A DNA stretch of 64,000 nucleotides from Candidatus Babeliales bacterium. GTDB lineage: Bacteria > Babelota > Babeliae > Babelales > Vermiphilaceae. The position numbers and the translations under genes were made by a program. Below, piece by piece: positions 45,188 through 54,520 of this stretch. The notes under the pieces are model-generated. The model did not search any database and was not told the origin of the DNA. It saw only the letters and a program-made list of their open reading frames with translations. The first letter of the stretch is position 1. The number at the start of each line of letters is the position of its first letter. The stretch lies in contig CAVUQO010000002.1 in the NCBI GenBank assembly GCA_963743635.1, positions 256,001 to 320,000 on the forward strand. The letters run 5' to 3'.

Positions 45188-45748
45188 TTATACAGATTTA
45201 TTCGTATTAATCTGTTCTAGTATAGGTGTGGTTTCTTTAGATTTAAGGAACCATTCAAGAGCACCGTTTTTAAGAGCAGGATTTCCTAAAGATTTTTGTG
45301 AGAACATTGGTTGTTGTACGTGGCGTGCAAGCATACGCGATGCTTTTTGAGCATGAAACAAAGATCTTGTTGCTAATGCCCCGGAGGCAACCGCAATACC
45401 TGCAGTAATAGCAGCAGGTGCAGCCAAGGCATCTATATTACCACCACCTGAAATGATCATCCCGCTATCGAGTCCGACCATTAATGAGCCTGTCATTGTT
45501 AAAAAGGCACCACCGGCGACGGCTGCAAGAGCTACAAATCGGTTGCCAATTTTGATATAACGCAATGTCTTTAAGGTGCCTTCAGGACGAGCTTCATAAC
45601 GCATCGTGTGGCGTCCGTGAGTATCTTCGTAGTTATGCGTAACCTCGCCAACTGGTGGATTATCAAGAGGGTTGGCATGCAACAGCTCTGTAGGCAGTGC
45701 GCTGAAAGTCAAAAGGAAGGCGATTGTTTTAATGATATTTTTATTCAT
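45188..45748 (-). CDS. Hypothetical secreted protein with glycine-rich hydrophobic hairpin
   Basis: Signal peptide (LLHA-NP); two Gly/Ala-rich hydrophobic helices. Confidence 0.6.
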   Translation of the reverse strand: MNKNIIKTIAFLLTFSALPTELLHANPLDNPPVGEVTHNYEDTHGRHTMRYEARPEGTLKTLRYIKIGNRFVALAAVAGGAFLTMTGSLMVGLDSGMIISGGGNIDALAAPAAITAGIAVASGALATRSLFHAQKASRMLARHVQQPMFSQKSLGNPALKNGALEWFLKSKETTPILEQINTNKSV

Positions 45749-45866
45749 AAATTGGTCTCTGATTGTTTTTTGATATGTTTTTTCATTGTTAAATAGTACC
45801 ATAAATGAACGTGAAAAAGAAATAGAGCTTGTAGGATAGAAGTCGCATTATATAGAAAGAACTACC

Positions 45867-46226
45867 ATGCATAAAATTTTATTATTACTCATAGCAACCA
45901 GCACATACGCATCATTGATGGGTATGGCACAACACAAACAAATCACTCCGGCATTACCTGCCAACAATGGGGCGGCGAGAATGGAAGATATTGAATTGAC
46001 TCGTAACACGGCCACTCAATCTACTACTTCGGATAATGCAAGAGGTTTTTGCGATAATTCCTGTGACCTCATGTGTTGCGGTGTCTGCGCAGCTTGCATG
46101 CTTTGCCCTATTTTTAGTGCCGCAGTCGTATGGGATACCGCACACGTCATATCTGACTGCAAAGAAAAAAAGTGCTATCCGGAAACAAAAGAAGCCGCTA
46201 AATTATGCTACTGCTTCTTGCATTGA
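45867..46226 (+). CDS. Small Cys-rich secreted hypothetical protein
   Basis: Signal peptide (SLMG-MAQ); CDNSCDLMCCGVCAACMLCP. Confidence 0.6.
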   Translation: MHKILLLLIATSTYASLMGMAQHKQITPALPANNGAARMEDIELTRNTATQSTTSDNARGFCDNSCDLMCCGVCAACMLCPIFSAAVVWDTAHVISDCKEKKCYPETKEAAKLCYCFLH

Positions 46227-46252
46227 GAGCGCCTGCGCTTTATCATAGATGT

Positions 46253-46287
46253 AAAAAAGCCGTTCTGCAGTAATACAGAACGGCTTT
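46253..46287. terminator. Terminator between convergent genes
   Basis: AAAAAAGCCGTTCTG-loop-CAGAACGGCTTT. Confidence 0.8.
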
Positions 46288-46330
46288 GTATATTGAGCTG
46301 TTTTTTCGTGGAGATTATGCTTGAGATGAC

Positions 46331-47218
46331 TTATTTCTGTTCAGCTTCATCAGCCCAACGTTCGAGATACTTTGCGCGGGTGATTAGTGGTGGATGTGGA
46401 TTCCAATGATCATGTTTGAATTTCATTAAAGAGCCAAGTGTCGATTTCGCTTGAGGAATACCGATTTCATTGGCAAGAACTTCTCCATCTTCTTGAAAAT
46501 CCTGTATTTGGGTATTGTCCATCTTGCGGAAGAAGGTTGCGACGGCACGAGCCAGAACCGGTTTATCCCTCAATGCTGCATCAGCATCTCTTTCTAAACA
46601 TTTGAGCATGCCAAGTTTGATGGGTATGGCGAGTGTATACAGCGCAGCTGCCAGCGGAATACGCAAGAGCGATCGTGTTATTGATGGGGGGATGATAGAT
46701 GCTTTTGCAGGAGATAATGCTTCTTTTACGCAATGCAGCCCGAACGGTAATGAGGCAGCAATTGCAGGAAAATAAGTGAGGTGATTTCTATCGATATGCC
46801 GTTTTTCGTGAAAAAGTGCACCAAGGAAAGCATCATCACTGAGACCGTCATATTTACTGGCAACCTCAATGGCGAGAGGGTTTATAATGATGGTGTTACG
46901 TGGTGCAGCCATCGCAAAGGGGAACTCTGGATGCTTCTTAATGGTCACTTCATCTAAATCATTGATTCCGTGCTGATGTGCTAATGCTAAAATATTTTCT
47001 CGATAGTTCGAGCAGATTGGCAGAGTTTCTTTTTCAATGATATCAATGATTTCCTCTCTTGCGACGATACTGTTGTAAGCAGGAAGTGCGACAATGGTAC
47101 CCCAATAGCCGGCAGCTCCAATGTAGGAGGCCAGTTTTTTGAATGGAGTTGCCTGAATCGATCCCAGGGATCCGATACTGAGCGCAAGCGCTATGATTTT
47201 ACCTATTCGTTTGTTCAT
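46331..47218 (-). CDS. Secreted M48-like zinc metallopeptidase
   Basis: Signal peptide; LFHEKRH (HExxH), ERDADA, HPPLITR. Confidence 0.8.
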   Translation of the reverse strand: MNKRIGKIIALALSIGSLGSIQATPFKKLASYIGAAGYWGTIVALPAYNSIVAREEIIDIIEKETLPICSNYRENILALAHQHGINDLDEVTIKKHPEFPFAMAAPRNTIIINPLAIEVASKYDGLSDDAFLGALFHEKRHIDRNHLTYFPAIAASLPFGLHCVKEALSPAKASIIPPSITRSLLRIPLAAALYTLAIPIKLGMLKCLERDADAALRDKPVLARAVATFFRKMDNTQIQDFQEDGEVLANEIGIPQAKSTLGSLMKFKHDHWNPHPPLITRAKYLERWADEAEQK

Positions 47219-47653
47219 AATGATCTTTCATTTTTAGCTATTGTTAATAATCTACTACTTAAAATATTATCAAATAGAAAACAGCTTGTAAAATGGTGTG
47301 TAGGTTTGGCCTAGCCGCCACATTGATTTTATATACAGAGTAGAACAGGTTCGAATATCGCTCCACCTCATCCCTGAAGAATCGTTTGAGATCATTGCAT
47401 TGCATATGCTTGGATTTAATCCGTTAGAATCCTAATTCCTCTACACCACCGGTGCAGAATCATCCACAAGTCGAATCTCAATGTGACCGATCGATGGCTA
47501 CCGTTCCCAGATATTTCATAGCAAAATACTTTATCTTTTAGTGGCATTGTATTACCTGTATACATGCTTTTTGCACTCAAAACCCTTTTTATATTTGGGA
47601 TATTAAGATATGCTAATGGGCGTTATGTTTTTTTGCAGTGAAGGTACCACATT

Positions 47654-48898
47654 ATGAATAAAAGAACTCAATTATTAAAGGTTATGATGTTCAATCTCCT
47701 TGTATGGACTCAAATGCAGGGGATGGACGCAGGCTCTTCTTTTACTGAACCTGAACAATATATAAAAAATTTTAATGAACGATATTTTCCTCGTAGGACT
47801 GAAGAGGAAAAAGCGCTAGAAGCGCTCGCAGATGGAATAGACAATCCATATCGTTTTGGACCTATTGCCATTGATCGAATAACTGCACAAGATCTTGCTG
47901 ATATAGAAGGTTTAAAAGAAGGTGAATCTCTCTTTCATATGGAATCCCGTATTAGAACGTATGTAGAAAAGCGAACGCTCATGGCAAAAGCGGGGCGACA
48001 ACGATGGTATGATAAGTTCATGGATTGGGATTGCAACGAACCAGACCGTGATGAGCATCTTATAAATTGTATTTTTGGAGCGGCTATTCGTAGAGAGGAT
48101 GTTCCTCTTGCAAAAGATTTACTTAAGCATGGCACAAATCCCAATAAAGACATACAGCTGCGCTGTGGTTATCGAGGGCAGCCTATTTTTGAAGTTATGA
48201 CAGTACCAATGCTTGATTTATTGGTTTCTCATGGAGTCGATCTTGATAAGCCTAATAGATATTATGGACCTGGATATTATCCACCACCTGGATATGAAGT
48301 ATCTCTCGTGCATCATGTAGTTGCATATAGGTCACCAGAAATTTTGGAGCGATTGCTTCAATGTCCAGGAGTTAACGTCAATGCCCGAAGGAACCCAGAA
48401 GCTAACTTCACTGGTCCAACGAGAAACGATCTTCCAGCTTCATACAGGCTTCCACCTTCATACAGGAGTGATATTAAGGACACGCCATTGCATGTATGGG
48501 CTAAGCTGTCCCCTTTTAAGTCGAAGTTTCTGGGTATACAAAAGCAGTTAATGAGTTTAATACGCGCCGGTGCCGATGTGACCTTAAAAAATAGCGAAAA
48601 TTACACAGCGCTTGATATTCTTCGCTCAAAGCTTGCAGATCCTTATGAATACGAGATGCAAATAGTAGTCCAACTCGTCGCCCAACTCGCTGCTTTAATG
48701 CCTCCACAGCCTCAAGCAGATATTGCAAGAAAGGCAGTAGTCGCCACAGAGGAATCAGCCTGCGTTATTTGCTTGGAAAATTTTCAACAATCTGATGATC
48801 GCACTACATTACCATGCGCACATGTATTTCATACGGCGTGTGTAAATCCCTGGATTGCATCAAACAGCACATGCCCTACTTGTAGAACTGCGATATAG
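47654..48898 (+). CDS. Secreted ankyrin-repeat + RING-H2 protein (E3 ligase-like), copy 1
   Basis: Signal peptide; DTPLHVWA, GADVTLKN..TALD ankyrin motifs; CVIC..LPCAHVFHTAC..W..CPTCR. Confidence 0.88.
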   Translation: MNKRTQLLKVMMFNLLVWTQMQGMDAGSSFTEPEQYIKNFNERYFPRRTEEEKALEALADGIDNPYRFGPIAIDRITAQDLADIEGLKEGESLFHMESRIRTYVEKRTLMAKAGRQRWYDKFMDWDCNEPDRDEHLINCIFGAAIRREDVPLAKDLLKHGTNPNKDIQLRCGYRGQPIFEVMTVPMLDLLVSHGVDLDKPNRYYGPGYYPPPGYEVSLVHHVVAYRSPEILERLLQCPGVNVNARRNPEANFTGPTRNDLPASYRLPPSYRSDIKDTPLHVWAKLSPFKSKFLGIQKQLMSLIRAGADVTLKNSENYTALDILRSKLADPYEYEMQIVVQLVAQLAALMPPQPQADIARKAVVATEESACVICLENFQQSDDRTTLPCAHVFHTACVNPWIASNSTCPTCRTAI

Positions 48899-49107
48899 AT
48901 CTATACCGTCGGCGCGGAATCATCCACAAGTCTAATCTCAATGTGGTTGATCGATGGATATTGTTCTAATCTTCCATAGAAAAATACTTTATCTTTCAGC
49001 GATATAGTACACCTGTATACATGCTTTTTGCACTCAAAACCTTTTTATATTTGGGATATTAAGATATACTCATGGGCGCTATATTTTTGCAGTGAAGGTA
49101 CCACATT

Positions 49108-50199
49108 ATGAATAAAAGAACTCAGTTATTAAAGGTTATGATGTTCAATCTCCTTGTATGGACTCAAATGCAGGGGATGGACACTGATTCTTCTTTTACT
49201 GAAGAGGAAAAAGCGCTCCAAGCGCTCGAAGATGGAACAGGCAATCCATATCGTTTTGGACCTATTGCCATTGATCGAATAACCGCACAAGATCTTGCTG
49301 ATATAGAAGATTTAAAAGAACGTTATTCTCGCTATCTTATGACATTCGATATTAGAACGTATGTAGAAAAGCGAACGCTCATGGCAAAAGCGGGGCGACA
49401 ACGATGGTATGATAAGTTCATGGATTGGGATTGCAACGAACCAGACCGTTATAAGCCTCTTATAGATAAGATTTTTGAAGCGGCTCTTAGTAGAGAGGAT
49501 CTTCCTCTTGCAAAAGATTTATTTAAGCATGGCGCGTATCCCAATGAACGCATAGCGCGGGGGCCTTTTTTGGGAGTTAGAACAGTACCGATGCTTGATT
49601 TATTGATTTCTCATGGAGTCGATATTGATAAGACTGGATGTAATCTACCTATCGTGCATAATGCAGTTGCATATGACTCACCAAAATTTTTGGAGCGATT
49701 GCTTCAATGCCCAGGAGTTAACGTCAATGCCCGAAGTAACCCTGGTCGAATGAAAGACGTTTTTGAATGGAGGCAAGATTTTGAGGACACGCCATTGCAT
49801 GTATGGGCTAAGCTGTGCCCTTGGGAGTCGCGGTTTCCGGGTATACAAAAGAAGTTAATGATTTTAATACGCGCCGGTGCCGATGTGACCTTAAAAAATA
49901 GCAAGAATCACACAGCGCTTGATATTCTTCGCTCACATATTGCAGATCGTACATATTGTGTAATGCTGCGCGAACTCGCCGACCAACTCGCTGCTTTAAT
50001 GCCTCCACAGCCTCAAGCAGATATTGCAAGAAAGGCAGTAGTCGCCACAGAGGAATCAGCCTGCGTTATTTGCTTGGAAAATTTTCAACAATCTGATGAT
50101 CGCACTACATTACCATGCGCACATGTATTTCATACGGCGTGTGTAAATCCCTGGATTGCATCAAACCGCACATGCCCTACTTGTAGAACTGCGATATAG
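49108..50199 (+). CDS. Secreted ankyrin-repeat + RING-H2 protein, copy 2
   Basis: Near-identical N- and C-termini to copy 1; divergent middle. Confidence 0.88.
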   Translation: MNKRTQLLKVMMFNLLVWTQMQGMDTDSSFTEEEKALQALEDGTGNPYRFGPIAIDRITAQDLADIEDLKERYSRYLMTFDIRTYVEKRTLMAKAGRQRWYDKFMDWDCNEPDRYKPLIDKIFEAALSREDLPLAKDLFKHGAYPNERIARGPFLGVRTVPMLDLLISHGVDIDKTGCNLPIVHNAVAYDSPKFLERLLQCPGVNVNARSNPGRMKDVFEWRQDFEDTPLHVWAKLCPWESRFPGIQKKLMILIRAGADVTLKNSKNHTALDILRSHIADRTYCVMLRELADQLAALMPPQPQADIARKAVVATEESACVICLENFQQSDDRTTLPCAHVFHTACVNPWIASNRTCPTCRTAI

Positions 50200-50405
50200 A
50201 TCTACATCGTCGGCGCGGAATCATCCACAAGTCTAATCTCAATGTGGTTGATCGATGGATATTGTTCTAATCTTCCATAGCAAAATACTTTATCTTTTAG
50301 TGGCATTAATATCTGTACACATGTCTTTTTTGCATTCAAAGCATTTTGTATTTGGGGATTATGGTATGCTAATAGACGTATTTTTTGAAACGAAAGAGAT
50401 TATAT

Positions 50406-51260
50406 ATGAATAAAAAAATGCAGTGGATAGCGGTGATGTGCATTGGGTTTTTGACGGGGTGCGTAAGCGCTATGAATGATCGTGGCATGCACTGGGCATG
50501 TTTTAACGATGATCATGATCAAGCTCAGGAATTACTAAACGAAAGTAAAAATAGTGTCCATAATTTTACCTTGAACAATGTAGAAATCAGATCTATACCC
50601 GTTCTCTTTTTTGCCAAATCAATTAAGATTGCGGATTTATTAATGCGATATGGTGCGGATCCATATCAGGTAGCTACTTATTATCCCCATGGTGGTGAAA
50701 CTATTATTCATAATTCAATGAGCGCAGATTATTCGATTCCACTTTTGAAACATTATATTGATACTGTACGAATTAATATCAATACAACCACAGCAAATAA
50801 AGATACCCCCTTGCATTATTGGGCACGTTCATCACTTTTTACGTCATCACATTATTTAGGTGTGCAGCCGTATTCAGGGTATTTATCTATCGCACAAGAA
50901 AAATTAAAGATACTCATCGCAGCGGGGGCAAATACAATGCTCAAAAATGCTACGGGGGATACAGCTTTGGATGTTCTCCGACGAAAAAAACTTTCATATA
51001 TTGACAGGCTTCCTGTTACAAAGCAAGAGCGTGAATTGCGAAATGAGGCTTTTGACATACTTGCTCTGCTGCTTAATGCGGCAACAAGAAAACAAATTGC
51101 AAGCATGCCAGAACAGCCTTTTTGTGTTATTTGTCAGGGCGAGCTTGAAGAATCTGATGATCGCACTAGATTACCTTGTACACATGTATTTCATATGACG
51201 TGTATAAATAGCTGGATTACATTAAACGGAATTTGTCCTACTTGTAGAAGAGAAGTATGA
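50406..51260 (+). CDS. Secreted ankyrin-repeat + RING-H2 protein, copy 3 (divergent)
   Basis: Signal peptide (CVSA-MN); KDTPLHYWA, AGANTMLKN..TALD; CVIC..LPCTHVFHMTC..W..CPTCR. Confidence 0.85.
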   Translation: MNKKMQWIAVMCIGFLTGCVSAMNDRGMHWACFNDDHDQAQELLNESKNSVHNFTLNNVEIRSIPVLFFAKSIKIADLLMRYGADPYQVATYYPHGGETIIHNSMSADYSIPLLKHYIDTVRININTTTANKDTPLHYWARSSLFTSSHYLGVQPYSGYLSIAQEKLKILIAAGANTMLKNATGDTALDVLRRKKLSYIDRLPVTKQERELRNEAFDILALLLNAATRKQIASMPEQPFCVICQGELEESDDRTRLPCTHVFHMTCINSWITLNGICPTCRREV

Positions 51261-52162
51261 AAATGAATTACATGAAAAACGCTTATTTTAATCTTATCGC
51301 GCTTGTGGCGCTTTGCATGAGTGAGTCGCTGTATGCAATGGATCAGTTGAGAGCTTTTGAAAATTATTTTCAAAATGGTGATCTGTGGGTCGATGAAAAT
51401 GAAGATGTAATGTCTGATCATATCGTCAAAATACAGAATCATCTTGATGTGCAGCGGCATCTTGGAATGCGGACATATCCCCCGATAAAGACACCGCCCC
51501 CTTTAAATGATGCAACGCAATTAAAATCAGCATTGATGCCACAAAATGATATTGATCGACTTTATGGAGAATACGAGCAGCATGTAAATAAATTTGTTGG
51601 CGCTGTTGTATGTCAGCAAGAGGTTTTAAAGCGTTTGAGGCAAGAAGCATCAAAGTCAGAAAAGCAGACTGGCTTCTTTATTGAATTGCATCGAATATTC
51701 GAAGGTGTTGAGGCATTGATACTGGCTGGTTCAAAATGGCTTGCCGTAACCCGAGAATCGGGCGTAGAGCATTATCTCATTTTAGAGAAATGTCGGCCTT
51801 CTATGGAACAGCAAAAGTACATCAAGTATCGCGTTGATACTCCCGCAATACGAGCAGAATTTTGGAAGTATGCACTGCAACAAGCGCTCTTAAATAATTG
51901 GCAGGCGCATTACAACGATGAGCATTATTGTTTTTGGAAGCATGCAAGCCCACTATCAATGCTCATCATACGGCACCAACTCTATAAAGGGTTTGAAGGT
52001 TTAGACTATAAAAAGACCACTGAATATACTGGTCCTCCGCTTTGTCGCCTAAAATTTAAGGACGGAAAGTTTTGTAATTGGCCGTATGAGAAATTAGAAA
52101 AGTTGCTGGCATTAGCGGATGAAGAGGCGAATGAGCTTAATACAGAACTGCTCTGGAAGTAA
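51257..52162 (+). CDS. Hypothetical secreted protein, translationally coupled to ANK-RING copy 3
   Basis: ATGA overlap; signal peptide (SLYA-MDQ). Confidence 0.65.
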   Translation: MKMNYMKNAYFNLIALVALCMSESLYAMDQLRAFENYFQNGDLWVDENEDVMSDHIVKIQNHLDVQRHLGMRTYPPIKTPPPLNDATQLKSALMPQNDIDRLYGEYEQHVNKFVGAVVCQQEVLKRLRQEASKSEKQTGFFIELHRIFEGVEALILAGSKWLAVTRESGVEHYLILEKCRPSMEQQKYIKYRVDTPAIRAEFWKYALQQALLNNWQAHYNDEHYCFWKHASPLSMLIIRHQLYKGFEGLDYKKTTEYTGPPLCRLKFKDGKFCNWPYEKLEKLLALADEEANELNTELLWK

Positions 52163-52170
52163 AGGGGGAT

Positions 52171-52428
52171 CTATGCCGTCGGCGCAGTGTCATCCACAAG
52201 CCGAATCTCAATGCGTTCTATTCCTTTTCCCGGGCGATCTCTTTTGAGCGTCACAAACCCAACTTCACTGGTTTTCGCTATGATCATTTGAACACCATAT
52301 ATATTGTCACGTATGTATCGATTATCATCCGCTTCTCCATCTTTAAGATATTTTTCAAGCGTAGGTTTCTCCATGGCGAGGAGTGGAGATGTCATCATGG
52401 ATAGAATGAAAACGAGTTGTTTTTTCAT
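52171..52428 (-). CDS. Small secreted hypothetical protein; chimeric paralogue of the next gene
   Basis: Signal peptide (PLLA-ME); LEKYL..YIRDNIYG similar to VEEYL..HIRDNICG; ends in the repeated IEIRLVDD tail. Confidence 0.6.
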   Translation of the reverse strand: MKKQLVFILSMMTSPLLAMEKPTLEKYLKDGEADDNRYIRDNIYGVQMIIAKTSEVGFVTLKRDRPGKGIERIEIRLVDDTAPTA

Positions 52429-52442
52429 GGAATTCCTTCGAA

Positions 52443-52913
52443 TTAATTAGTTACTATTTTTTCAGAAGAACCAAACTTCTTCTCGTATTCTTTAATGTTA
52501 TATTGCCGTCGCTTTTCCATGAGCTGTGCCAGGCGATCATTCATGTTAGCAGTGAAAGCCTCTAGTGCTTTATGCGCTTCTTCAATCGATATATTTTCCA
52601 CTACTTTTCGCTCAATAAAGCCTTCTTTGTCATGTTTGTCTATCTTTAACAGGGTAACAGAGTAAGGAGTTTTATCTTCTATTTGCATGAGTGTTTTCAT
52701 GAACTTTTTTGCCTCAGGGCAAGAGAGAAGATATCCCATAGGCCAGAAGCAGCCTTTTTTCTCTACTATTATTTCAGTGCCACAAATATTATCTCTAATG
52801 TGGGCTTCATCTTCTACTTTTTGTTCCTCGAGATATTCCTCTACATTTTCATAGTTCTTACCAAAAATTGGCAATACCATTATTGATAACATTAAAACAA
52901 GATTCTTATTCAT
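52443..52913 (-). CDS. Secreted hypothetical protein
   Basis: MNKNLVLMLSIMVLPIFG signal; paralogous to 52171-52428. Confidence 0.6.
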   Translation of the reverse strand: MNKNLVLMLSIMVLPIFGKNYENVEEYLEEQKVEDEAHIRDNICGTEIIVEKKGCFWPMGYLLSCPEAKKFMKTLMQIEDKTPYSVTLLKIDKHDKEGFIERKVVENISIEEAHKALEAFTANMNDRLAQLMEKRRQYNIKEYEKKFGSSEKIVTN

Positions 52914-53028
52914 ATGCATTCTTTGGGATATAGGGTTGAAAAATTCAAGAACTGAGCGCCATTGTATCAAGTTTGAATATACTCCGCAATCAACTGCGGA
53001 ATCGGGGAGTAAAGGTCTTTTTAACAGT

Positions 53029-53057
53029 AAAAAAAGCCGCCCCGAAGGACGGCTTTT
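53029..53057 (-). terminator. Intrinsic terminator
   Basis: AAAAAAAGCCG-CCCCGAAGGA-CGGCTTTT. Confidence 0.75.
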
Positions 53058-53087
53058 AAAAATTCAAGGTGGAGTTGCTTTTGCTGT

Positions 53088-53612
53088 TTAGTTGTCTTTA
53101 GCATGGATGTATTCATTCATCGCGAAAGCTCCCAAACCAGTTGCTATCATAGCTAATCCGGCTGTTTCACCTACTCTTCCACAACGCGATAAGATCTTTG
53201 CTGTTCGTGCAGTGCGATATTTATCGCTGAGTATTAACGGAATAACTTGGATACCAGATCCGACCATATAAGTCGTGTATCCTGTGCCTATCATACCGAA
53301 TGCTATGCTGGAGCCTTTCGAATATGTAGAACGTTGCGGAGTTTTTACTTCGGTAGTGTTTTTAGTTGCTTCAGCAGGTTCTTTAATATCAATAATGGTT
53401 TTAGTTTTTTCAGCAGGTTTTGTAATACCAACATCAGCGCTGTTAGTTCTTTCAGCAGGTTTTGTAATACCAACATCAATTGCGGTAAAATCGGTTTTTT
53501 TGAGCGCTGCTATTACTTCGTTGCATAGATCCCTAATAAAATTAGCTTTAATCGTTCCCAAGGCGCTGGTAGCCAAAACGATGACTGCTATTTTTAGTAT
53601 TCGTTTCTTCAT
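53088..53612 (-). CDS. Secreted/membrane hypothetical protein with internal repeats
   Basis: Signal peptide; DVGITKPAE twice (42-bp period, 53409-53478); two C-terminal hydrophobic helices. Confidence 0.6.
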   Translation of the reverse strand: MKKRILKIAVIVLATSALGTIKANFIRDLCNEVIAALKKTDFTAIDVGITKPAERTNSADVGITKPAEKTKTIIDIKEPAEATKNTTEVKTPQRSTYSKGSSIAFGMIGTGYTTYMVGSGIQVIPLILSDKYRTARTAKILSRCGRVGETAGLAMIATGLGAFAMNEYIHAKDN

Positions 53613-53759
53613 AATTACCTCTCATTTATTAGGCATTGTTAATACTATGTTTTCACTTCTAAGATTACCAAATAGAAAAATTATTGTAAAAGGGGCGCTC
53701 TGGGAGGCCTTTTTTAGATGGGTATGCCTGGAAAAAGCATATTGGCCCAGGTTTGGGCT

Positions 53760-53837
53760 GATTACGCCATCAAAAATGGCGACGCTAATATGCTCGAACT
53801 CTTCTATACCGACTATTTACAGCGGTTATATCAGTAA
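53760..53837 (+). repeat. Direct repeat of the holA-like 3' end (copy 3)
   Basis: ACGCCATCAAAAATGGC[GGC deleted]GACGCTAATATG...TATCAGTAA matches about 41317-41397. Confidence 0.93.
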
Positions 53838-53881
53838 GCTTATATGATAATCATAATCACATTACCAAGAGGTATCTCATT

Positions 53882-54025
53882 ATGGCATCTTCTTCAGGAA
53901 TCATAGAAATTGATGGCTTTAAACTGCGTTATGCAATCGAAGGTTCGGGCAAGCCTGCGCTCGTAATTGGCAGTGCCATCTACTATCCACGCACCTTTTC
54001 ACAAAATTTGCGCAATCATCTGTAG
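53882..54025 (+). pseudogene. Truncated copy of the 5' end of the alpha/beta hydrolase at 43139
   Basis: MASSSGIIEIDGFKLRYAIEGSGKPALVIGSAIYYPRTFSQNLRNHL*, with the same GAGGTATC..ATT RBS region; CAA changed to TAG. Confidence 0.9.
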
Positions 54026-54058
54026 CTCAAAGCAGATTTGTATGCCTTGGTATTGCGA

Positions 54059-54520
54059 TTAATCCTCACGTCTGAGCCTTTGTTGCATCTCTACGTATTG
54101 CTTAATATCTGTCCCGAGTATATCAAAAAATTGCCTATCAACCGCCTCAACCAAGGGAATCGCCTGCTCAACAATCGCAGCACCGTGCTCTGTGACCTGC
54201 GAAAATTTCGAACGTGCATCATCTTCACGCTGCAGACGCTTAACGTATCCTTTTCGCTCAAGCGATCGCAGGACTTGCGAAGTCATAGTCACATCGGTGC
54301 CACAGTGCTGGGCAAGTTTCACTTGTGTCATGCCAGCATTATTTCTTGTTGTCCAGCCAAGACTCGCCAACAAGACAAACTGTTGATAAGTAAGTCCAAT
54401 TTTTGCGAGTTCAGTTTCAATGTGCCAGCGCCACTGCGTACTCACTTTCCATAACAAAAAGCCTGGACTTGGTTCAGCTCCTTCAAATCTCGTTATTTTT
54501 TTATGGGTAGTTTTTTTCAT
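54059..54520 (-). CDS. MarR-family transcriptional regulator
   Basis: PGFLLWKV, GLTYQQFVLL, TQVKLA, LERKGYVKR, DARSK. Confidence 0.9.
   Translation of the reverse strand: MKKTTHKKITRFEGAEPSPGFLLWKVSTQWRWHIETELAKIGLTYQQFVLLASLGWTTRNNAGMTQVKLAQHCGTDVTMTSQVLRSLERKGYVKRLQREDDARSKFSQVTEHGAAIVEQAIPLVEAVDRQFFDILGTDIKQYVEMQQRLRRED

Noticed and set aside
47654..50199. Diversity-generating retroelement (TR/VR pair) in the duplicated ANK-RING genes
   Set aside because: No reverse transcriptase in the window; differences include indels and are not adenine-specific, and the 3' ends are the most conserved part.
53275..54454. Plus-strand ORFs 53275-53847 and 54038-54454
   Set aside because: Antisense shadows of the 53088-53612 gene and marR; no recognisable motifs.
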